Source: Monocercomonoides exilis PA203 (taxonomy: Eukaryota > Protista > Preaxostyla). Taken from it: a stretch of 33,875 nt of DNA. Of the stretch, positions 12,001 to 24,354 are shown piece by piece. The stretch covers positions 1 through 33,875 of the forward strand of contig LSRY02000089.1 in NCBI GenBank assembly GCA_001643675.2. Reading direction: 5' to 3'. Below the pieces are notes generated by a model. It was not told the origin of the DNA. It saw only the letters and a list, made by a program, of their open reading frames with translations, and did no database searches. The first letter of the stretch is position 1; each line of letters opens with the position of its first letter. The position numbers and the translations under genes were made by a program.

Positions 12001-12675
12001 ATCGTCTCCCACGGCTCCTCCGCCCTGTACCCTGCCCCGTCGTACGAGATGTTCACAACCGCGCAGTCCCGGATGTCCTCCACCAGCCCCCGATACAGGC
12101 ACGCCTCAAACAGCGACTCCATCGCCCCCGGCACCGCATACACCGCCCGCGGCTGCCCCGTCTCCTCCTCATACGCAATCTCAAACGAGTACGGGCTGAA
12201 GTACCCGTAGTAGTTGTAGCACGGCATCGTGTACATCGTGTGCGGATCCTTCAGCCGCGACAGCGCTGCCCCAACATCCATGTGCTTCTTGTACCCGCTC
12301 CGGTACTGCACCTCCCCGATCCGCTCCAGCTCCCCCACCACGTCGAACGACAGCCCGCTGTACGGCGCCGGCAGCGCCAGCACCCGGTCCCGCAGCGCAT
12401 ATCCCTCCAGATACTTCTTCACCGTCTCCACCAGCTCCCCGAGCTCCTCCACCTGCACACAGCACAGCGCGCCGCAAACATCCATTTTGGTGCATCAGAC
12501 AGCAGACACACTTCCCGCTGAACAGCCACAAACCAAAAACTCAAAAAAATAGAACACAAACCGGATAGTTGTCCAGGCACTCCGCCAGGTACGACGCCGC
12601 CACAAACTCTGTCGCATTGATGTCGCAGTAGCGGCACTGCACTGCGGCTGCCAGCCACACCAACGCCAAATACAT
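9056..12675 (-). CDS. Type I membrane peptidase S41 family protein (CPAF/fungal S41-like), possibly catalytically inactive
   Basis: Signal peptide MYLALVWLAAAVQC. Intron 12453-12561 joins CLDNYP|VEELGEL. Motifs LSRLKDPHT, IGVLNVDSF, VVVDVRGNTGG and VVSDGLCGGVCGQF, then a Cys-rich stalk, NST sequons, a TM helix (VAFVLVPIVCGACVVGVAVVFGVWW-RRR) and a charged tail. Several apparent homopolymer frameshifts (~10635, ~10255, ~9590). Confidence 0.8.
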
Positions 12676-12899
12676 CCTGCTGCAGAAAATTCTCTTTGCT
12701 GAATCGCTTGATATATTTTTATGGGCAAGTGACGCAAAAAATGAAGAAAATATTTGAATAATAATTTTGTTGAAGTGCAAATCTCCCTTGCCACACTTTT
12801 CAATTTTCCTTCCATTTTTCTGCACCATGTAATTGTGCAGGCCTTGTTTTTGTTTTCGATTGTGAATAACTTCACAATAAAGAAAAATAAAATAAAGCA

Positions 12900-13700
12900 T
12901 GTTTGGAGAAATAGGAGGTCCGCATGCAGCAGAGATGAGCCATTGGTGCACTGCTTTGTGCGACCAAGCACTGCAGCTGCATCGACAGAAGCTTGCTCTT
13001 CGCCCCCAAGTTCGCCTTTTCTCATCATCCTCTGATAATCAAAAGAAAAACCACACACACCCCCCACGACAATCCATCAGCATCCGTCCTTCCGGGCATC
13101 TCCATTTTTTTGGTGTCTTTGGCCGCGATTCTCTCATGGCTGCAAGTTGCACAACAAGACTGTTTCTCATTAGCCCTTTCTTCTGCATACCTTTCCCGAT
13201 TTCCCCAATCGCAAAATCAACTGCTATCATCGCGCTTCCCGTGCACAAAACCTCTCGCAAAAGCCAGAACACTCCTGCTGCAAACATGCTCCTTCCCTCC
13301 CTTTGCTTGTGGTGCGGCTGCTCAATGCTCCCAAACCGCCTCTCGCACATCATCCACAAGATGACAAAGCCTTCAAAACACCTCCAAACAGTCACCAGCC
13401 ATCCCCATGCAATATTCATATGTCTCTCTCTCTCCCTTGTGCATTTCACATTCTTCTTCTTCTTCTTCCATCCCTCCCTTCTCGATGCTTCTTCCAGTTC
13501 CTGTGCTGCCTTCCCAGCAGATTCCCAGTTTCACCAAAAACCTCTCCTCCGCATCCCTTCTCTTCGTGCAGCCTCATCATCACAAACGCATTCTCCCTGA
13601 CCGATGGACAAATCCCATCACGCTCAGATGCCCCTGCTGGCACTTCAGCATTTCGGCCTCATCCTCCATCTGTCTTCCTTTTGTCTTCACACTGCTCATG
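12900..13700 (-). CDS. Possible hypothetical protein (fragmented)
   Basis: GC-rich segment with the purine-rich minus strand typical of coding strands here, bounded by AT-rich spacers. No recognisable domain and no continuous frame. Confidence 0.25.
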
Positions 13701-14349
13701 GAAACGAACACAAAAAAAGCAAGAATGAATAAAAATCAGAAACAAATCATTTGAAAATGATGCTGAGTGAAGCGCAGACTCGTGCTGGCAAAACACGCTT
13801 TCAGCCCTCCTTTGCACCCCCCGCACACCAGCTCAACTGCATCCTCATTTATCTGTGCTTTGCCTGCCCAACGCAATCACACAGCAACAATGCCATTTCC
13901 CACCATATCCCTGTCTCACCAGCAACAACTCGTTTTTTTTTTCTTTTTCTTTCATTTTTTTTACCTTCATTGCAAAGTCATGCCCGCTCCACAAAATATC
14001 TTTGTTTTTCTCTCTCTTACTCAAAAAGACAGCCAAGGAGAAAGTGAAATTCCTTTTTCTTTCACAATCAATTTTTTTCCCTCACTTTTCATCATTCAAC
14101 AGAGCGCAATCCTGAAACATCAAGCAAGCACAAACACTTGTCTTTTTTCTGATTCATAAGAATACAGAAAAAGACAAACACAAAAGACTCTAAATATTCG
14201 AAAGGGAATTAAAAGTGAACAATTTCAGTTTTTTTATTTTGCAATCATTTTTCGTGAGAAAATCCTCCAGCGCAATGTTCTTTGTGTCGTCTCTTTCGTT
14301 CCATCTTTCGCTCAAAAATAAAAAAAAAAATGTCTGATCTTGTTTATTG

Positions 14350-17300
14350 ATGAGTAATATTTATTTGGCTGCTGGAAATGAGATCAACAAGAAGGAACAA
14401 CAAGACAGCGCCTCCGATATTCAAGGTGTTTGCTGCTGGCTCAGACGTGATTCTCATTTTCTTCTTTGTTTTTTATTTTTTGTGCAACTTGGGGGCTGGC
14501 TGATGGTGCAAAACTGGATGATTTTGTGTTTTGTTGATGCTCTTGCTGTGGGTGGGGCTGCTGTGCAACGGAAATGCTGCATGGGGAACGCGATGCAGGA
14601 TGCAAAAGTGGAAGAAGTGAGAGACGAGAGTTTGCTTGTTTTGCAGGAAAGAATCGGATTTTGAGCTTTGAGCCTTTTTCATTTCAATGTTTATTTTTTT
14701 GGTGCAGCGATTAACGCGCTGGAGAGGCTGACAGAAAAGCTTCAGTATTTGTGTTTTTGTGTTTGTTCATGGCGAGTTTTCAGAGGGCGGAAGTTTGGGG
14801 CAGGCGAGCTGGCTGGCATTTCGAAGGAGATGTGTGATTTGCTGTGGCGATGTGTCGGAAGGATGGAGAGTGTTCCGGCGTATATTCTGCGCAACGTGCT
14901 GCACTGCGGGAAGGTGGTGCTGAGCGCGGGAGCGGACGACAGGGTGGCAGCCAGCTATGTGCGTGCAATGGCGCTTGTTGTGGATGTGAGGTCGTATCCA
15001 GTGCAGCACCGGAGGCTGAGGTTGGAGGAGGTCCAGCTGACGGCGCAAGAAAAAAGGCACGTGAAATCACCGCGCGGGAAGGAGAAGCAGCAGACGAAGA
15101 CGGTTTTGACGTCGGATGTTGTAGGGTCGCCGCTGCTGCAAGAGGTGATTTTTGATGGGGAAGTGGTTCCGGCAGTTGTGGAGCGGATCCACGCAGCAGA
15201 AAGCGAGGAGGCGCTGAGTGCGCTGGCCAAGGTGGTGTTGGGGTTTGTGAGGATCGCAGACCAGGCGGGGCTTGCGGCGATGGTGGGGCAGCACATTCTG
15301 GACGGGATCGACACGATTCTGATGCGGTGCCAGGAGAGGGCAGGGCTGATTGATGCGGTCGAAGCGCTGCAGCTGGTGTTCGCTGCCAGGACAAACATCA
15401 CCCTGATGGCGTCCAATGGGTGGGGGAAGGCATTTGAAGAGCACTGCTTCGAGGGGGTGCTGACGGAGATTGCGGTGGGGAACAAGAGCCGAGGGGTTGC
15501 GCGGGAAAAGATAAATCTGAGAGCTCCGTATTACGAAAGGGTGGTGGATGTGGAGCTCGAAGAGGGGCGTGAGAGGTTCGAGGAGGAGGATGTGGGAAAG
15601 CTGGATGATGGGGAGTCCGTGACAGAGCAGGCAGCAGACAGCGGCAGGGGCACAGAGGAAAGCAAAGGAGAGAAAGGGAGAGCAAAAGAGGGAGCGAACA
15701 GGAGGCAAAGGGAACAGAAGAGGAAAGGGGGGAAAAGTGCAGCAAAGGAGAAGGAACGTCTCAAGGCGAAGTGGAAGCAGAAGGGAGGGAAAAGGAAGCA
15801 AGAGGAGGGGAGAGTGGCAGAAGTGCAGCGAAAAGAACAGCGTCTCCCATTTTGTGTGCGTTTGGAGGCGGCGTGTGCAGTTTTGTGGGAGAAGGATCAT
15901 TACAGATTCAATTTGCCTGTGAAGAAGCTGGCAGGCGTGCTGGTTGAGGGCATTGCGCTTCCCGAAGGAGCAGAAGCAGAATACGTGAAGCGAAAGCAAA
16001 AGCTTATGGAGAGTGAAAAGAGCAGATTGAAGAGGGAGGGCAGCGAGATGGATGTCAACATCAGGGAAAGAGACGGTGGTGATGGCGAAGCAGAGGGAGT
16101 GTTGGAGAGCAAGCTGAACATTCCCCACATCTACAATTGCATTTATTGCCTGAATGTTTTGTTTTCTGACTGGGGTTTGACTTGCTTGTGTTGTGTTGTG
16201 TTGTGTTATGATTTTGTTGAGGCATGTTTATTCAGACACGAAGTATTATTGCGGGACAGTGCGCAAGGCTGAGGCGATGCCTGATGAACAGCTGGAAGCA
16301 ATTGTGAACAAGCTGTTGCGGCTGAACAGGCATGCCCCACTGTCAAATTGCAATTTCGATTTTTTCTTTTTCTTTTTTCTTTCTGTAACTGCCCTCGAGC
16401 AGGTTTCCGGACAAACTGTTCTTCAGAATGTCGAGTCACTGCCTTGAAAGCATCTGCATGTTGTATCGGCAGCAGATGAAGCGGCTGTATGGCGGAGTGT
16501 TTGAGCAGCGGCTGATGGAGGAATTGGATGAGGTGGAGATGGAGATGGAGAAAGCGGCAGAGGCTGGGGGTGGAGGGGCAGACAGCGAGGAGTACATAAA
16601 CATCTATTCCCAGGAGTACATGCGGTCCATCTGGGAAGAAGCGCCGTTCAGCTCCATCCGGGAGCCAGTGGTTGGGGAGTACGAGTCGGTTGCTGATTAC
16701 ACGCTGGACAAGATGCAACTGCTGAGAATGTCTTTTCTGGAGAGACGGACGCTGCAGTCAGACATGTCGTCGGTGTTCTGTTGCAGCAGATTGGGCTGGT
16801 TGCACGGCCGGTGGGTCAACAGAAACCTGGTGTCGGTGCGGAGGCAGCACAGCTCGTGGGCAGCGCTGCGCTTCAACCACACGCTGAGCTGTATTGCTGC
16901 AACGTGTGCTGCGCAAGATGCGAGCAGCGACGATGTGGTGACGCGGCCGTTCTTCAGGAGGCTTGTTGGGCGGCTGGTGCGCCCTTTTGCGCTTCAGGTG
17001 CCTTTTGGGGTGGGGTCGCTGTCGAGTGTCGCATACCAGCAGCACTCGCTGGAGTCTGTGCAGAGCACGATCGACCTGTTTGCGCTGGAGGTGCTGACGA
17101 ATGTGGAGAAAGAGCTGGGGTTTGTGTTTGAGGAGGGGTATGTTGGTGCTCTGTTTGGGCGGCTGGCTGGGAGCATGGAGCTGAACAGCCACGCGCTGTA
17201 TGTGGCTGTGCAGGTCATCCGGGAGACGTGCATTGCGTTCATGAGGGCAGACCGAGAAGCGAGGGTGAAGGCAGCTGGGGTGTTGAACGCGAGCATTGCT

Positions 17301-17921
17301 GAGTGGAACAGGCATGGAGAAGGGAAGGAGGCAGCAGGGAGGCGGGTCTTCCTTCAAATTGCTCCGTTTGAGCTTGTTTCTGTGATTGGCGCAAATATGT
17401 GCTGGGGAGTGTATGGGCAATGCTTTGCAGCCGACTCCACAAAACATGGCAGCAGGTGGAAGCAGGTGGGTTGCTTGGAGAAGTTGGAGAAGGGAAAGAA
17501 GTTGGAGAAGTTGGAGAAGGGGGAGAAGGGGGAGAAGGGGGAGAAGGGGGAGAAGGGGGAGAAGGGGGAGAAGGGGGAGAAGGGGGAGAAGGGGGAGAAG
17601 GGGAAGAAGGGGGAGGATGTTGGGGTTGTGCTGCTGCGTTTGGTGGATGATACGATTGAAGAGCGTGGGATTCGCGACTGTGTGGAGGCCACGCCGCAGC
17701 ACAATGATGTGCAGCTGTTCTGGCGGTGCTCGGGGAGCCTGCCCTCGAAAAACCGGGTGCAGCAGGCGTCGCTCTATTCTCGCGGGAAAGTGTCCGATGT
17801 GGAGGGACTGCCATATGCAGAGTTCGTGCCGATTCCCTCGGATCCTTTGTCTGCTCCTGATCCCGAGGCTTTTCGCCAGGCGAATTACCGCATGGTTTTC
17901 CTTTTCAATGTCGCGAATTAG
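14350..17921 (+). CDS. Multi-exon hypothetical protein with an ARM/importin-alpha-like helical segment and a (GEK)n repeat
   Basis: Long ORFs 14668-16272 and 16428-17921 with coding-like G/A bias, separated by T-rich intron-like stretches. The segment LQEVIFDGEVVPAVVERI...HILDGIDTIL...AFEEHCFEGVL resembles ARM repeats. Exon limits are approximate. Confidence 0.6.
17475..17618 (+). repeat. 9-bp tandem repeat (ttggagaag/ggggagaag) encoding LEK units and (GEK)9
   Basis: Nine perfect ggggagaag units at 17520-17600, flanked by variant units. Confidence 0.95.
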
Positions 17922-18549
17922 ATGCTGGATAAAGAGTGATTGATGGGGAATTTCAGCAAACAAGGCATCATGAAATGGCATGGACATTCGAGTGTTTTGG
18001 ACGTTTATTTTTCTTTTTCATAAGTCTTTATTTGCAAGCGTTTTGATTGCAATATTTTTTACAATTGGTTCCACTACTGGAGTTGCATTTCAGTTGTTTC
18101 TGGAAAAGTATTTTTGTATCTTTATTTCTTTCTTTCTCGTTTGTTTGTTTGCATGTTTATTTGTTTTTGTGTTATTTTCTTGTTTTTTCGCACTTTGTAA
18201 GTGTGAATGTTTGTTCTTTTTATTTTTACAAAAACATCTGTAATTTTCCGAAGGCATTCAAGCAGAAGTGTGCCTGGTCTATGTTTGTGTTTGTGTTTGC
18301 TTTTTTTCTTTTTCCTTTTCCTTTTGTTTGGGCTTTTTTTTGTTTGTTTGTAAAACTTCACTCAAGGCTCAACTGTATTTATCTCTGGCAACAACAAGCA
18401 ATTGCCCTTTCAGTGGGAGTTCACTTTCGGACACATTCATTCGTTTCTATTCCTTTAAAGCCTGGGGGGAAAAAGACAGAAAAAAAAGAAATGGAAATGG
18501 AAATGGGAAAAAAAATATGCAAAAAATCCTGTGCTCTTCTTTCTTCTTC

Positions 18550-21500
18550 TCACACACGCTGCCGCACGCGCTCAAACACTCCGCCTCCGAGCGCAACAAC
18601 TTCAAGCGCTGCCACCCCAACGCAGAACACCATCCCGATCCACAGCGCTGCGTCTTCCCCCACATACCCTCCCAGCACATCCATCACCACTGCAAATCCT
18701 CCCACCCAGCACAGAAACGCTGCTGTCACCCCTATCAGCAGTGTCTGCACCCACACCAGAAATGGTTTCGAAGCATGTCAATGCCAACACATCAAAGCAG
18801 AACAACAAAAATTTCAATAAAAAAAGAAATTTGAAAAAAATATAAAATAAAATAAAATAAAATAAAATGATATGAACGTTCATTAGCATTCCGAAGAATG
18901 CAAAAATCAATACTTTCTTCCTTTTTCTTCTTTCTCGCAAAAGAAAACAAAAAATGAAAGTTATCAAACATGAAGCACACCTTCCAAGGCAGCACAAGAC
19001 AAAGCAGCAGCCCACTCGCAAATTCACCAAACAGGAGCACAATGCTGCTCAGCGCAACATTGTCGCTTCCCATCCCCACAAACAGACACACACACACCTC
19101 CAGCACACGCATGCACACGCTCACTCCAACACACTCGCTCCCCATCCCCACCCACTCCATCCACTTCAGCAGACCCTCCTTCCTTCTCCTTCTCTTCATC
19201 TTCATCTTCATCTTCATTTTCTTCTTCATCTTCATCATTTCTTTGTTGCTTTCTCTCTCTTTCTCTCCCTTCCCCTTCTCTCTTGTGCAACTGCAGCATT
19301 CCTCGTCTTGTGTGCTGCCGCTCCTCTGTTCCCATCCACCCTCAACTCCCAGCGGCAGCCCCAGATCCAGCCCCAACGCCCCCAGCTCATCTGCCTCTCC
19401 ACCCAGCACATGCCTCATCACACCCCCAAATCCGCCCCCTTCTCCTTCCTTCCTCCCCTTCCTCTGCTTCCCCTGCCACTCCCACCACGCACAGCACACC
19501 CCGCGCACCCCCTCCCACACAACTGCTGCTGCCACACACAGCCCGCACACACTCGCCCCCACACGCTCTGCAACTCCCCACCTCTCCCACCTCCCCCTCC
19601 CCACATACTCCCCAACAGCCCCAACACACCCAAACACACACACAAACCACACCCCTTCCCACACAACCATCGTCATCCATATCCCAACACGCATCCCGCA
19701 CCTCCCTGACATCTCATGCCCTTCTTCCTTGTTCCTTTTCCTTTCTTCTTCTCCCTGTCTCCCTCTCCGGCAGCCTCTTCGCTTCTTCTTTTCTTCAACT
19801 CTCTCCTCTTCATCCTCTTTTTCTCCCTCTCCCCTGCCTCTCCCCCCACCCACAACTCCCACCACACAGCCACAGCCCCACCGCACACCACAACAACACA
19901 CACACCGTCGCCCCAACACAAGCCCCATACACCCCCACGCTCCACACATCAACCTCCCCATCCGAAATCGACCCCACAAATGATGCCATCTCCTTGTTCT
20001 CCGCCACACACCATTCTCCACACACCCCCCACCTCTTCTCCCCAACAACCATTTCCGCTCCCACGCCTTTCCCCTTCAGCGTCACCCAATCCACAATCCT
20101 CTCCCACGTCCTCCTTTTCCTCTCTCCCTCCCATCCACCCCTTCCATCCCATCCACCCCATCTCCCTCCTCTCTCCTCCACAACCCTTCCCCCCTCCTTC
20201 CCCAACCACATCTCCAATCCTCCTCCTCCTCCTTCTCCTCCTCTTCCTCTTCCCACAAACCCTTTCCACACCCCAGACACCACTGGCACATCCATCCCAA
20301 ACAGCGCTCCGCCACACCGCCGCATGAACATCCCAATCACAACCGGCATCTCGCTGTATTTGCACAGCGACAGCACACACACCACACGCGCCATGTGCAC
20401 ACACAGCCCACCCAGCGCCACACACCTCCTCATCCCAACATCCACCCCTTTCAGCCTTGTCAATATTTCCTCCTTTCTTCCTCTTCTTTTAACTCTTTGT
20501 TCCGCCTTCTCTTCTTTTTTGAGTTCCTCACTCATCATCTGCTTCGTCTCCCCCTCCTCTGCCACTGCCAATGCCACTCCTTGTTCTTCCAAGCTCACAT
20601 AGCTCTTCCTCAGCGGAGCGTGCACAGAAGATGAGTGAAATGAAAGAGATGATCGTGATGATGATAATGCCGATGAAGACGAAGAAGAAGAAGAAGATGA
20701 TGATGATGAAGATGCAAAAGTTGGAGAGATAGCAAATGATGTGGCTGCAAGATGTGATGGAGTTGAATCTGGCGAAAGAGACGAAGCTGTTTTTGCTCCA
20801 TCTGTGGTTGCTGCAACTGCTGTGCTCATTGGAGTAGATGCCGGCGGGAAAGGCGATGCTGGCAACGAGGATGATGCGCATGAAGTGCTTTGATTGAATG
20901 GAGTGAAAGAAGCAAAAGAAGCGAATGAAGAGTGTGAAATGCGTGTTGTGTGTGTTGAACATTTTGTGGATTGTGACTGAAATGATTGAGGTGTTTTGAG
21001 TGAAGTGAACCCTGTTGACAGCTTCGGCGAGTGTGCATCTCGTCCAATCCCTTTTCCTCTTCCCAATGCAATCTCTGTTCCCCTCTTTCTCCACCTCTCA
21101 TCTTTCTCCCCTTTCGTTTCTGTTCTTTCCTCTTCCTCTTCATCATCCTCATCTGTTTCCTCCTCATTCATTTCATGTTCCCCTCTTTCTGGCTTCTCCT
21201 CTTCCCTTCTGCTTTCATTCTCCCACAAATTTGGCGTTGACACTTCTCTCACATTCGGAACCCTTCTCTCTCCTTCTTCTTTCTTCATTGTTTCTTCTTC
21301 TTCCTCCTCCTCCTCTTCTTCTTCTTCTTCTTCCCTCTTTCCATTTGCACCCATCTGTATCGTCTTCATTTCTCTTTCATTCCTCCTCTTTCTCCTTCTC
21401 TTTTCTTCGCTTTCTTCGCTTTTCTCTCTTTCATCATCCTTCTTTTCACAATCTTCTAATTTCCTCTCTTCCTTTTCTTCTTCTTCAACTTCTTCTTCTT

Positions 21501-22290
21501 CCTTCGCAGCCTCTTCCTGAAGCTCCTCCATCAGCCACTCTCTTTTGCTTTCTCCTTCACACACAACCACTCCAACTCCAAGCACGCTTGCAAGCACACA
21601 CACCCCAAACACACACCCCACCCACTCCATCGCCTTCTCGCTTCTCCTCAACCACCCATCCTCATTCTCTTCTTCTCTCATAACTCCATCTTCTCCATCT
21701 TCTCCATTTTTTCCTCTCCCCGTCTTCTTTCTCTCCCCTTCTTTTCCTCTTTCTCCTCCCATTTGCCCTCGCTTCCTCCTCTCCGCTTCCACAGCATCTC
21801 CACAATATGCCCCTTCAAATCCTCTTTTGCACACACACACTTTCTTGTCTCTTTCTTCCTCTTTTTCTCTCCCCTCGTCTCCATCCCAATCTCTTCTGCT
21901 TGTGAAGTGCCTCTTCTTCACGGACACACACCTTCCTCCATTCCCACAATCCGAGTTCCGGCTGCACCGCCCGTCTTCCCATTCGCATTCTCGTCCGCCT
22001 CTCTGTCCACCGCATTGGCACTCCGCTGGCGATAGCTCTGTTGCCCTTCCGCATCCAAACACCCCTGACGAGCAGTTCGACAGCCGAATTCTGCTTCTCT
22101 CTTCTCTTTCTCTTTCTCCTCCTCCTCCTTCTTCTTCTTCTCTTTCTTCTTCTTTGATCAAGCAGAAGTCTCGTGTTGCCTCTATTCCAATCCCATTGGC
22201 CCAGATCACTCCATCCACAGACACACTCAGCCACACTTTTCTCTCTCTGCAGCCCACACAGCATATCACAGCAAGACACAAGGCAAACAT
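18550..22290 (-). CDS. EGF-like repeats plus a multi-pass membrane domain resembling the fungal Flc/Pkd2 TRP-like C-terminal domain (probably the 3' part of the cathepsin gene)
   Basis: EGF motifs CQCGGQRGGREC and CSRNSDCGNGGRC...CVCKRGFEGAYC, a TM helix, a long acidic/Ser insert, then several TM segments including RVLEVCVCLFVGMGSDNVALSSIVLLFGEFASGLLLCLVLPWK. Intron 18745-18980 joins PWK|TLLIG. Frameshift near 19877. Confidence 0.7.
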
Positions 22291-22407
22291 TCAATAATTC
22301 GCAGCATGTCACAGAATAACATCAAATACAAAAATATGATAAAACAAAAACAAAAATAAAAAATAAAAATAAAAATAAAAAAGAAAAGAAACAACTCATT
22401 GGCAAAA

Positions 22408-23965
22408 TCATCTTCTCTCTTTCTGCACACCTTTTCCTGCTCCACACAGCACCCAGCTGTCTTTCAGTGATGAGAACACACAGACAATCTCTGATGGCGA
22501 CACCCATTCCACCCCCGAAGACATCACATTGTCCAGCCGGCACTGCAGATGAGGCGTCTTAAACATGTTTGCTCCCTTCACTGCAAACCGCGCCTTCACA
22601 TCTCCACACTCTCTTTCTCCTCTGCCCCGACGCTGCTCCACCACATCCACCGAGATCCTGTCTGGAAACACCGATCCAATCTGCACCCTCCCAAACACAG
22701 GCACCATCACCCCATCTCCTCGAGCTCCGCCTGCCTTGCTCCTTGTCTTTCCCCCTTCGACAGCCCATTGCGGCATCTGCACAGAATCCTCCACACTCAC
22801 GCGCGGGTATCCAAACTGCACCTTCTTCACTGCCCCTTCTCGGATCTTGAAAAACCCTTCGTCTCCCCACTGCTTCCCCCACGAATTCACGCACAGCCAG
22901 TACCCAATCTCCTCCGTCTCGTCCTCTGCCCCGTTTCCATCTCCGTCTTCATCATTGCTCATCTCATCCACCACACCCACCTCGATCCTGCTGCTTTTGC
23001 TCCTGTTGCTCTGCCTCCATTCGGCATCTCTTTTCCTCGCCTCTGCCTCTGCCTTCTTCACTGCCAGCGCTGCCTTCCTCCCCACCCGCTCCTTCCCATA
23101 CCCCACTATCCGCACTGAATGCGGAGTCTGCCACTCTCCCGTCTGCTCCACGTAAATCCCCTCTTTGTACTTCGTGAAGTCTTCCCGCACCACAATCGTC
23201 CCTGTCACCGGCCCAAACACAACAAGCTCCTCTTTCACCCGCTCCCTCCCGCTCTTCCCCTCCGCGTCTGCCCAGTGAACGCTCTCCGAAAACACCACCC
23301 CGCTCCCCAGCGCATTCACACATCCCCTCTGGCACTGCCCCTGCCGCCCGCGATACGGCTGGCACACACCCAGCGGCACTCCATCCTCCATCGTCTCCAC
23401 CCACGCCTCTGCTGCCCGCCCGCCCTCGCAGCTGCTCCCGTCTCGGTTGCAGTCCACCAGGCTCTGCGTCGACAGCTCCCCGCGGAACAGCCCGCCTGTT
23501 GCTCGGCACAGTCGCTCCCCAAGCGCCTTCGTCACAGACTCTGCCCAGCAACTGCAAATCATCAAATGGACAAATAAAAAAAAATGCAAAACAATTCGAA
23601 AAACAAATTCTATAAAAACAACAGCGCATATGGTCTCCTTTCTTGTTCCAGGGATCCTCGCTTCGCACCCACCTCCACGCACATTCACACACCTTCCGCA
23701 AGACAGCTGGTTCGATGCTCGCAGAATGCACTCTGGGTGCCTCTCCCGCGGGTCGTAGCTTTCAGGCAGCCTTTCGACAACATACTTGTTTGCCGGCCTC
23801 TCCGCACTCAGCACAGCCTCGCTGTTGTCCTCCGCCCACATTTTCATAAACGGCTTTTCTGGCATCCCCTGCTCCGCAGCACCCGCTCCTTCCACAGCCC
23901 GTGGTCAACAACCCCGTTTCTGCCCCAAGCACCACGGCAATCACTGCCATGATAAGTCCCTTCAT
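22408..23965 (-). CDS. Cathepsin B-like papain-family (C1A) cysteine protease with a C-terminal IPT/TIG-like domain
   Basis: Signal peptide MKGLIMAVIAVVLG (frameshift ~23897), LPESYDPR, NQLSCG|SCWA after removing intron 23552-23692 (Cys 23548-23550), LSTQSLVDC, CEGG, HSVRIVGYG (His 23119-23121), YWLCVNSWG..WGDEGFFKI (Asn 22885-22887). IPT-like IGSVFPDRI...VKGANM...LQCRL...WVSPSEIVC follows. Confidence 0.92.
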
Positions 23966-24354
23966 TTTCTTTTCTGCAATCTCGCTTTTTCAATTCTGAG
24001 TTGCACACGCAGTTGCCTCAGCACAAAAAAGAAAGAAAAATCGGTTTTTCACAATCCCAAAACAATCCTTTTCTCCCATCACTCGCCCCCTCTCCGCCCT
24101 GCGAAGCCTCTCCCCTCGCCTTCTACAGCTCGTTTCATTTCTTTTCTTCTCTCCTCTTATTTTCCTATGGGTAGAAGATCCATTTATTTTTTCCATTTTT
24201 TCATTTTTCGTGTTCACTCTCTTCTCGCTCGGTTAATGCTTAAAATTCTTCAACTCAAACAAAAAATAATAATAATAATAATAACAAAGAATAATTATAA
24301 AAGGTCACAAAACGTGAACAAAAAGCAAATTGATGATTGAGAAACATTTCTATT

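Noticed and set aside
17475-17618. CRISPR-like or other spaced repeat array
   Set aside because: The units are contiguous 9-mers with no spacers, and the context is eukaryotic.
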